A model generated the notes under the pieces. It ran no database searches. It saw nothing but the letters and a program-made list of their open reading frames with translations, and had not been told where the DNA came from. Of a stretch of 64,000 nucleotides of DNA, positions 52,601 to 64,000 are shown piece after piece; the stretch's first letter is position 1, and every line of letters starts with the position of its first letter. Made by a program: the position numbers and the translations under genes. Source of the DNA: Paragordius varius (Eukaryota; Animalia; Nematomorpha). The stretch covers positions 1 to 64,000 of the forward strand of contig OZ176050.1 of assembly GCA_964247055.1 (NCBI GenBank), read 5' to 3'.

Positions 52601-55600
52601 TTTTTAAATATTTAAAAAATTTATTTTATACGATTTTAAAAATAAAAATGGCTACCTAAAATCCAAATTTGATCAGGTGATGTCACCATAATTTTTTTTG
52701 GGTAGCCCTATGGTAGTTCCATCATCACCCAAATATTTTCGAGATCGGAGTATAAATGTAATTTTTATGAATTTTTTAAATATTTAAAAAATTTATTTTA
52801 TACGATTTTAAAAATAAAAATGGCTACCTAGAATCCAAATTTAATCAGGTGATACCATAATTTTTTTTGGGTAGCCCTATGGTTGTTCCATCATCACCCC
52901 AAATATTGTCGAGATCGGAGTATAAATGTAATTTTTTTGAATTTTTTAAATATTTAAAAAATTTATTTTATACGATTTTAAAAATAAAAATGGCTACCTA
53001 AAATCCAAATTTGATCAGGTGATGTCACCATAATTTTTTTTTGGTAGCCCTATGGTAGTTCCATCATCACCCAAATATTGTCGAGATCGGAGTATAAATG
53101 TAATTTTTATGAATTTTTTAAATATTTAAAAAATTTATTTTATACGATTTTAAAAATAAAAATGGCTACCTAAAATCCAAATTTGATCAGGTGATGTCAC
53201 CATAATTTTTTTTGCGTAGCCCTATGGTTGTTCCATCATCACCCCAAATATTTTGGGGATCGGACTATAAATGTAATTTTTATGAATTTTTTAAATATTT
53301 AAAAAATTTATTTTATACGATTTTAAAAATAAAAATGGCTACCTAAAATCCAAATTTGATCAGGTGATGTCGCCATAATTTTTTTTGCGTAGCCCTATGG
53401 TAGTTCCATCATCACCCCAAATATTTTGGGGATCGGACTATAAATGTAATTTTTATGAATTTTTTAAATATTTAAAAAATTTATTTTATACGATTTTAAA
53501 AATAAAAATGGATACCTAAAATCCAAATTTGATCAGGTGATGTCACTATAAATTTTTTTGGGTAGCCCTATGGTAGTTCCATCATCACCCCAAATATTTT
53601 CGAGATCGGAGTATAAATGTAATTTTTATGAATTTTTTAAATATTTAAAAAATTTATTTTATACGATTTTAAAAATAAAAATGGCTACCTAAAATCCAAA
53701 TTTGATCAGGTGATGTCACTATAATTTTTTTTGGGTAGCCCTATGGTAGTTCCATCATCACCCCAAATATTGTCGAGATCGGAGTATAAATGTAATTTTT
53801 ATGAATTTTTTAAATATTTAAAAAATTTATTTTATACGATTTTAATAATAAAAATGGCTACCTAAAATCCAAATTTGATCAGGTGATGTCACCATAATTT
53901 TTTTTGGGTAGCCCTATGGTAATTCCATCATCACCCCAAATATTTTGGGGATCGGACTATAAATGTAATTATATGAATTTTTTAAATATTTAAAAAATTT
54001 ATTTTATACGATTTTAAAAATAAAAATGGCTACCTAAAATCCAAATTTGATCAGGTGATGTCACTATAATTTTTTTTGAGTAGCTCTATGGTAGTTCCAT
54101 CATCACCCCAAATATTTTCGAGATCGGAGTATAAATGTAATTTTTATGAATTTTTTAAATATTTAAAAAATTTATTTTATACGATTTTAAAAATAAAAAT
54201 GGCTACCTAAAATCCAAATTTGATCAGGTGATGTCGCCATAATTTTTTTTGGGTAGCCCTATGGTAGTTCCATCATCACCCCAAATATTGTCGAGATCGG
54301 AGTATAAATGTAATTTTTATGAATTTTTTAAATATTTAAAAAATTTATTTTATACGATTTTAAAAATAAAAATGGCTACCTAAAATCCAAATTTGATCAG
54401 GTGATGTCACTATAAATTTTTTTGGGTAGCCCTATGGTAGTTCCATCATCACCCCAAATATTTTCGAGATCGGAGTATAAATGTAATTTTTATGAATTTT
54501 TTAAATATTTAAAAAATTTATTTTATACGATTTTAATAATAAAAATGGCTACCTAAAATCCAAATTTGATCAGGTGATGTCACCATAATTTTTTTTGGGT
54601 AGCCCTATGGTAATTCCATCATCACCCCAAATATTTTAGGGATCGGACTATAAATGTAATTATATGAATTTTTTAAATATTTAAAAAATTTATTTTATAC
54701 GATTTTAAAAATAAAAATGGCTACCTAAAATCCAAATTTGATCAGGTGATGTCACTATAATTTTTTTTGAGTAGCTCTATGGTAGTTCCATCATCACCCC
54801 AAATATTTTCGAGATCGGAGTATAAATGTAATTTTTATGAATTTTTTAAATATTTAAAAAATTTATTTTATACGATTTTAAAAATAAAAATGGCTACCTA
54901 AAATCCAAATTTGATCAGGTGATGTCACTATAAATTTTTTTGGGTAGCCCTATGGTAGTTCCATCATCACCCCAAATATTTTCGAGATCGGAGTATAAAT
55001 GTAATTTTTATGAATTTTTTAAATATTTAAAAAATTTATTTTATACGATTTTAATAATAAAAATGGCTACCTAAAATCCAAATTTGATCAGGTGATGTCA
55101 CCATAATTTTTTTTGGGTAGCCCTATGGTAATTCCATCATCACCCCAAATATTTTAGGGATCGGACTATAAATGTAATTATATGAATTTTTTAAATATTT
55201 AAAAAATTTATTTTATACGATTTTAAAAATAAAAATGGCTACCTAAAATCCAAATTTGATCAGGTGATGTCACCATAATTTTTTTTGGGTAGCCCTATGG
55301 TAGTTCCATCATCACCCCAAATATTTTCGAGATCGGAGTATAAATGTAATTTTTATGAATTTTTTAAATATTTAAAAAATTTATTTTATACGATTTTAAA
55401 AATAAAAATGGCTACCTAGAATCCAAATTTAATCAGGTGATACCATAATTTTTTTTGGGTAGCCCTATGGTTGTTCCATCATCACCCCAAATATTGTCGA
55501 GATCGGAGTATAAATGTAATTTTTTTGAATTTTTTAAATATTTAAAAAATTTATTTTATACGATTTTAAAAATAAAAATGGCTACCTAAAATCCAAATTT

Positions 55601-58600
55601 GATCAGGTGATGTCACCATAATTTTTTTTTGGTAGCCCTATGGTAGTTCCATCATCACCCAAATATTGTCGAGATCGGAGTATAAATGTAATTTTTATGA
55701 ATTTTTTAAATATTTAAAAAATTTATTTTATACGATTTTAAAAATAAAAATGGCTACCTAAAATCCAAATTTGATCAGGTGATGTCACCATAATTTTTTT
55801 TGCGTAGCCCTATGGTTGTTCCATCATCACCCCAAATATTTTGGGGATCGGACTATAAATGTAATTTTTATGAATTTTTTAAATATTTAAAAAATTTATT
55901 TTATACGATTTTAAAAATAAAAATGGCTACCTAAAATCCAAATTTGATCAGGTGATGTCGCCATAATTTTTTTTGCGTAGCCCTATGGTAGTTCCATCAT
56001 CACCCCAAATATTTTGGGGATCGGACTATAAATGTAATTTTTATGAATTTTTAAATATTTAAAAAATTTATTTTATACGATTTTAAAAATAAAAATGGCT
56101 ACCTAAAATCCAAATTTGATCAGGTGATGTCACCATAATTTTTTTTGGGTAGCCCTATGGTAGTTCCATCATCACCCCAAATATTTTCGAGATCGGAGTA
56201 TAAATGTAATTTTTATGAATTTTTTAAATATTTAAAAAATTTATTTTATACGATTTTAAAAATAAAAATGGCTACCTAAAATCCAAATTTGATCAGGTGA
56301 TGTCACCATAATTTTTTTTTGGTAGCCCTATGGTAGTTCCATCATCACCCAAATATTGTCGAGATCGGAGTATAAATGTAATTTTTATGAATTTTTTAAA
56401 TATTTAAAAAATTTATTTTATACGATTTTAATAATAAAAATGGCTACCTAAAATCCAAATTTGATCAGGTGATGTCACCATAATTTTTTTTGGGTAGCCC
56501 TATGGTAATTCCATCATCACCCCAAATATTTTGGGGATCGGACTATAAATGTAATTATATGAATTTTTTAAATATTTAAAAAATTTATTTTATACGATTT
56601 TAATAATAAAAATGGCTACCTAAAATCCAAATTTGATCAGGTGATGTCGCCATAATTTTTTTTGGGTAGCCCTATGGTAGTTCCATCATCACCCCAAATA
56701 TTGTCGAGATCGGAGTATAAATGTAATTTTTATGAATTTTTTAAATATTTAAAAAATTTATTTTATACGATTTTAAAAATAAAAATGGCTACCTAAAATC
56801 CAAATTTGATCAGGTGATGTCACTATAATTTTTTTTGGGTAGCCCTATGGTAGTTCCATCATCACCCCAAATATTGTCGAGATCGGAGTATAAATGTAAT
56901 TTTTATGAATTTTTTAAATATTTAAAAAATTTATTTTATACGATTTTAAAAATAAAAATGGCTACCTAAAATCCAAATTTGATCAGGTGATGTCACTATA
57001 AATTTTTTTGGGTAGCCCTATGGTAGTTCCATCATCACCCCAAATATTTTCGAGATCGGAGTATAAATGTAATTTTTATGAATTTTTTAAATATTTAAAA
57101 AATTTATTTTATACGATTTTAAAAATAAAAATGGCTACCTAAAATCCAAATTTGATCAGGTGATGTCGCCATAATTTTTTTTGGGTAGCCCTATGGTAGT
57201 TCCATCATCACCCCAAATATTGTCGAGATCGGAGTATAAATGTAATTTTTATGAATTTTTTAAATATTTAAAAAATTTATTTTATACGATTTTAAAAATA
57301 AAAATGGCTACCTAAAATCCAAATTTGATCAGGTGATGTCACCATAATTTTTTTTGCGTAGCCCTATGGTTGTTCCATCATCACCCCAAATATTTTGGGG
57401 ATCGGACTATAAATGTAATTTTTATGAATTTTTTAAATATTTAAAAAATTTATTTTATACGATTTTAAAAATAAAAATGGCTACCTAAAATCCAAATTTG
57501 ATCAGGTGATGTCACTATAATTTTTTTTGGGTAGCCCTATGGTAGTTCCATCATCACCCCAAATATTGTCGAGATCGGAGTATAAATGTAATTTTTATGA
57601 ATTTTTTAAATATTTAAAAAATTTATTTTATACGATTTTAAAAATAAAAATGGCTACCTAAAATCCAAATTTGATCAGGTGATGTCACTATAAATTTTTT
57701 TGGGTAGCCCTATGGTAGTTCCATCATCACCCCAAATATTTTCGAGATCGGAGTATAAATGTAATTTTTATGAATTTTTTAAATATTTAAAAAATTTATT
57801 TTATACGATTTTAATAATAAAAATGGCTACCTAAAATCCAAATTTGATCAGGTGATGTCACCATAATTTTTTTTGGGTAGCCCTATGGTAATTCCATCAT
57901 CACCCCAAATATTTTAGGGATCGGACTATAAATGTAATTATATGAATTTTTTAAATATTTAAAAAATTTATTTTATACGATTTTAAAAATAAAAATGGCT
58001 ACCTAAAATCCAAATTTGATCAGGTGATGTCACTATAATTTTTTTTGAGTAGCTCTATGGTAGTTCCATCATCACCCCAAATATTTTCGAGATCGGAGTA
58101 TAAATGTAATTTTTATGAATTTTTTAAATATTTAAAAAATTTATTTTATACGATTTTAAAAATAAAAATGGCTACCTAAAATCCAAATTTGATCAGGTGA
58201 TGTCGCCATAATTTTTTTTGGGTAGCCCTATGGTAGTTCCATCATCACCCCAAATATTGTCGAGATCGGAGTATAAATGTAATTTTTATGAATTTTTTAA
58301 ATATTTAAAAAATTTATTTTATACGATTTTAAAAATAAAAATGGCTACCTAAAATCCAAATTTGATCAGGTGATGTCACCATAATTTTTTTTGCGTAGCC
58401 CTATGGTTGTTCCATCATCACCCCAAATATTTTGGGGATCGGACTATAAATGTAATTTTTATGAATTTTTTAAATATTTAAAAAATTTATTTTATACGAT
58501 TTTAAAAATAAAAATGGCTACCTAAAATCCAAATTTGATCAGGTGATGTCACTATAATTTTTTTTGGGTAGCCCTATGGTAGTTCCATCATCACCCCAAA

Positions 58601-61500
58601 TATTGTCGAGATCGGAGTATAAATGTAATTTTTATGAATTTTTTAAATATTTAAAAAATTTATTTTATACGATTTTAAAAATAAAAATGGCTACCTAAAA
58701 TCCAAATTTGATCAGGTGATGTCACTATAATTTTTTTTGGGTAGCCCTATGGTAGTTCCATCATCACCCCAAATATTTTCGAGATCGGAGTATAAATGTA
58801 ATTTTTATGAATTTTTTAAATATTTAAAAAATTTATTTTATACGATTTTAAAAATAAAAATGGCTACCTAAAATCCAAATTTGATCAGGTGATGTCGCCA
58901 TAATTTTTTTTGGGTAGCCCTATGGTAGTTCCATCATCACCCCAAATATTGTCGAGATCGGAGTATAAATGTAATTTTTATGAATTTTTTAAATATTTAA
59001 AAAATTTATTTTATACGATTTTAAAAATAAAAATGGCTACCTAAAATCCAAATTTGATCAGGTGATGTCACCATAATTTTTTTTGCGTAGCCCTATGGTT
59101 GTTCCATCATCACCCCAAATATTTTGGGGATCGGACTATAAATGTAATTTTTATGAATTTTTTAAATATTTAAAAAATTTATTTTATACGATTTTAAAAA
59201 TAAAAATGGCTACCTAAAATCCAAATTTGATCAGGTGATGTCACCATAATTTTTTTTGGGTAGCCCTATGGTAGTTCCATCATCACCCCAAATATTTTCG
59301 AGATCGGAGTATAAATGTAATTTTTATGAATTTTTTAAATATTTAAAAAATTTATTTTATACGATTTTAAAAATAAAAATGGCTACCTAGAATCCAAATT
59401 TAATCAGGTGATACCATAATTTTTTTTGGGTGGCCCTATGGTTGTTCCATCATCACCCCAAATATTGTCGAGATCGGAGTATAAATGTAATTTTTTTGAA
59501 TTTTTTAAATATTTAAAAAATTTATTTTATACGATTTTAAAAATAAAAATGGCTACCTAAAATCCAAATTTGATCAGGTGATGTCGCCATAATTTTTTTT
59601 GCGCAGCCCTATGGTAGTTCCATCATCACCCCAAATATTTTGGGGATCGGACTATAAATGTAATTTTTATGAATTTTTTAAATATTTTAAAAATTTATTT
59701 TATACGATTTTAAAAATAAAAATGGCTACCTAAAATCCAAATTTGATCAGGTGATGTCACCATAATTTTTTTTGGGTAGCCCTATGGTAGTTCCATCATC
59801 ACCCCAAATATTTTCGAGATCGGAGTATAAATGTAATTTTTATGAATTTTTTAAATATTTAAAAAATTTATTTTATACGATTTTAAAAATAAAAATGGCT
59901 ACCTAAAATCCAAATTTGATCAGGTGATGTCACCATAATTTTTTTTGGGTAGCCCTATGGTAGTTCCATCATCACCCCAAATATTGTCGAGATCGGAGTA
60001 TAAATGTAATTTTTATGAATTTTTTAAATATTTAAAAAATTTATTTTATACGATTTTTAAAATAAAAATGGCTACCTAGAATCCAAATTTGATCAGGTGA
60101 TGTCACCATAATTTTTTTTGGGTAGCCCTATGGTAATTCCATCATCACCCCAAATATTTTCGAGATCGGAGTATAAATGTAATTTTTTTGAATTTTTTAA
60201 ATATTTAAAAAATTTATTTTATACAATTTTAAAAATAAAAATGGCTACCTAAAATCCAAATTTGATCAGGTGATGTCACCATAATTTTTTTTGCGTAGCC
60301 CTATGGTTGTTCCATCATCACCCCAAATATTTTGGGGATCGGACTATAAATGTAATTTTTATGAATTTTTTAAATATTTAAAAAATTTATTTTATACGAT
60401 TTTAAAAATAAAAATGGCTACCTAAAATCCAAATTTGATCAGGTGATGTCGCCATAATTTTTTTTGGGTAGCCCTATGGTAGTTCCATCATCACCCCAAA
60501 TATTTTCGAGATCGGAGTATAAATGTAATTTTTTTGAATTTTTTAAATATTTAAAAAATTTATTTTATACGATTTTAAAAATAAAAATGGCTACCTAAAA
60601 TCCAAATTTGATCAGATGATGTCACCATAATTTTTTTTGGGTAGCCCTATGGTAGTTCCATCATCACCACAAATATTTTGGGGATCGGACTATAAATGTT
60701 ATTTTTATGAATTTTTTAAATATTTAAAAAATTTATTTTATACGATTTTAAAAATAAAAATGGCTACCTAAAATCCAAATTTGATCAGGTGATGTCACCA
60801 TAATTTTTTTTGGGTAGCCCTATGGTAGTTCCATCATCACCCCAAATATTTTCGAGATCGGAGTATAAATGTAATTTTTATGAATTTTTTAAATATTTAA
60901 AAAATTTATTTTATACGATTTTAAAAATAAAAATGGCTACCTAGAATCCAAATTTAATCAGGTGATACCATAATTTTTTTTGGGTAGCCCTATGGTTGTT
61001 CCATCATCACCCCAAATATTGTCGAGATCGGAGTATAAATGTAATTTTTTTGAATTTTTTAAATATTTAAAAAATTTATTTTATACGATTTTAAAAATAA
61101 AAATGGCTACCTAAAATCCAAATTTGATCAGGTGATGTCACCATAATTTTTTTTTGGTAGCCCTATGGTAGTTCCATCATCACCCAAATATTGTCGAGAT
61201 CGGAGTATAAATGTAATTTTTATGAATTTTTTAAATATTTAAAAAATTTATTTTATACGATTTTAAAAATAAAAATGGCTACCTAAAATCCAAATTTGAT
61301 CAGGTGATGTCACCATAATTTTTTTTGCGTAGCCCTATGGTTGTTCCATCATCACCCCAAATATTTTGGGGATCGGACTATAAATGTAATTTTTATGAAT
61401 TTTTTAAATATTTAAAAAATTTATTTTATACGATTTTAAAAATAAAAATGGCTACCTAAAATCCAAATTTGATCAGGTGATGTCGCCATAATTTTTTTTG
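49700..61500 (+). repeat. 9-monomer (~1553-bp) higher-order repeat family in the satellite
   Basis: Marker CCTAGAATCCAAATTTAATCAGGTGATACC at 49721, 51274, 52827, 55415, 59386 and 60940 (spacings 1553, 1553, 2588, 3971, 1554). Confidence 0.85.
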
Positions 61501-64000
61501 CGTAGCCCTATGGTAGTTCCATCATCACCCCAAATATTTTGGGGATCGGACTATAAATGTAATTTTTATGAATTTTTAAATATTTAAAAAATTTATTTTA
61601 TACGATTTTAAAAATAAAAATGGCTACCTAAAATCCAAATTTGATCAGGTGATGTCACCATAATTTTTTTTGGGTAGCCCTATGGTAGTTCCATCATCAC
61701 CCCAAATATTTTCGAGATCGGAGTATAAATGTAATTTTTATGAATTTTTTAAATATTTAAAAAATTTATTTTATACGATTTTAAAAATAAAAATGGCTAC
61801 CTAAAATCCAAATTTGATCAGGTGATGTCACCATAATTTTTTTTTGGTAGCCCTATGGTAGTTCCATCATCACCCAAATATTGTCGAGATCGGAGTATAA
61901 ATGTAATTTTTATGAATTTTTTAAATATTTAAAAAATTTATTTTATACGATTTTAATAATAAAAATGGCTACCTAAAATCCAAATTTGATCAGGTGATGT
62001 CACCATAATTTTTTTTGGGTAGCCCTATGGTAATTCCATCATCACCCCAAATATTTTGGGGATCGGACTATAAATGTAATTATATGAATTTTTTAAATAT
62101 TTAAAAAATTTATTTTATACGATTTTAAAAATAAAAATGGCTACCTAAAATCCAAATTTGATCAGGTGATGTCACTATAATTTTTTTTGAGTAGCTCTAT
62201 GGTAGTTCCATCATCACCCCAAATATTTTCGAGATCGGAGTATAAATGTAATTTTTATGAATTTTTTAAATATTTAAAAAATTTATTTTATACGATTTTA
62301 AAAATAAAAATGGCTACCTAAAATCCAAATTTGATCAGGTGATGTCACTATAATTTTTTTTGGGTAGCCCTATGGTAGTTCCATCATCACCCCAAATATT
62401 GTCGAGATCGGAGTATAAATGTAATTTTTATGAATTTTTTAAATATTTAAAAAATTTATTTTATACGATTTTAAAAATAAAAATGGCTACCTAAAATCCA
62501 AATTTGATCAGGTGATGTCACTATAATTTTTTTTGGGTAGCCCTATGGTAGTTCCATCATCACCCCAAATATTTTCGAGATCGGAGTATAAATGTAATTT
62601 TTATGAATTTTTTAAATATTTAAAAAATTTATTTTATACGATTTTAAAAATAAAAATGGCTACCTAAAATCCAAATTTGATCAGGTGATGTCACTATAAA
62701 TTTTTTTGGGTAGCCCTATGGTAGTTCCATCATCACCCCAAATATTTTCGAGATCGGAGTATAAATGTAATTTTTATGAATTTTTTAAATATTTAAAAAA
62801 TTTATTTTATACGATTTTAAAAATAAAAATGGCTACCTAAAATCCAAATTTGATCAGGTGATGTCACCATAATTTTTTTTGCGTAGCCCTATGGTTGTTC
62901 CATCATCACCCCAAATATTTTGGGGATCGGACTATAAATGTAATTTTTATGAATTTTTTAAATATTTAAAAAATTTATTTTATACGATTTTAAAAATAAA
63001 AATGGATACCTAAAATCCAAATTTGATCAGGTGATGTCACTATAATTTTTTTTGGGTAGCCCTATGGTAATTCCATCATCACCCCAAATATTTTGGGGAT
63101 CGGACTATAAATGTAATTTTTATGAATTTTTTAAATATTTAAAAAATTTATTTTATACGATTTTAAAAATAAAAATGGATACCTAAAATCCAAATTTGAT
63201 CAGGTGATGTCACTATAATTTTTTTTGGGTAGCCCTATGGTAATTCCATCATCACCCCAAATATTTTGGGGATCGGACTATAAATGTAATTTTTATGAAT
63301 TTTTTAAATATTTAAAAAATTTATTTTATACGATTTTAAAAATAAAAATGGCTACCTAAAATCCAAATTTGATCAGGTGATGTCACTATAATTTTTTTTG
63401 AGTAGCTCTATGGTAGTTCCATCATCACCCCAAATATTTTCGAGATCGGAGTATAAATGTAGTTTTTATGAATTTTTTAAATATTTAAAAAATTTATTTT
63501 ATACGATTTTAAAAATAAAAATGGCTACCTAAAATCCAAATTTGATCAGGTGATGTCACCATAATTTTTTTTGCGTAGCCCTATGGTTGTTCCATCATCA
63601 CCCCAAATATTTTGGGGATCGGAGGACTATAAATGTAATTTTTATGAATTTTTTAAATATTTAAAAAATTTATTTTATACGATTTTAAAAATAAAAATGG
63701 CTACCTAAAATCCAAATTTGATCAGGTGATGTCACTATAATTTTTTTTGGGTAGCCCTATGGTAGTTCCATCATCACCCCAAATATTGTCGAGATCGGAG
63801 TATAAATGTAATTTTTATGAATTTTTTAAATATTTAAAAAATTTATTTTATACGATTTTAAAAATAAAAATGGCTACCTAAAATCCAAATTTGATCAGGT
63901 GATGTCACTATAAATTTTTTTGGGTAGCCCTATGGTAGTTCCATCATCACCCCAAATATTTTCGAGATCGGAGTATAAATGTAATTTTTATGAATTTTTT

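Larger units (their letters stand above)
10542..64000 (+). repeat. 173-bp AT-rich (~27% GC) tandem satellite, about 309 monomers, open-ended at the window edge; candidate centromeric or subtelomeric satellite
   Basis: GATCAGGTG recurs at 10683, 10857, 11030 and 11203 (period 173). Consensus: GGTAGCCCTATGGTAGTTCCATCATCACCCCAAATATTTTGGAGATCGGGCTATAAATGTAAATTTTATGAATTTTTTAAATATTTAAAAAATTTATTTTATACGATTTTAAAAATAAAAATGGCTACCTAAAATCCAAATTTGATCAGGTGATGTCACCATAATTTTTTTTG. No strand switch or insertion was seen. Confidence 0.98.

Noticed and set aside
10542-64000. Selection for RNA hairpins inferred from wobble-compatible variants (TCGCC, TCACT, GGCTGCC, GGTGGCC)
   Set aside because: These are simple transitions. 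Other common variants (GGTAACC, GGATAGCC, GATGATG, GGATACC) break the same stems, and no true compensatory pairs were seen.

Overview
This is a eukaryotic chromosome end, not a prokaryotic locus; the organism cannot be named from the sequence (TTAGGG telomere, very AT-rich). Order from the terminus: ~3.07 kb of (CCCTAA)n telomere (1-3066); a ~7.5 kb foldback-like structure (3067-10541); then an uninterrupted 173-bp satellite array (~309 monomers, 10542-64000, running off the window) with nested higher-order repeats and a positional turnover of monomer variants. The foldback structure has two long inverted arms, each with an outer domain of CpG-rich 33-bp repeats (core CCGTCGTCAGT) and an AT-rich inner domain. 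The telomere is attached inside a 33-bp core of the left arm. The right arm is interrupted by two independent 5'-truncated Penelope-like retroelement (PLE) insertions, each with a candidate 6-bp target-site duplication. The first keeps an open GIY-YIG endonuclease frame and an intact minimal hammerhead ribozyme; the second is decayed and has lost the ribozyme core. No host protein-coding gene can be supported. All calls were made by eye, without alignment or database searches.
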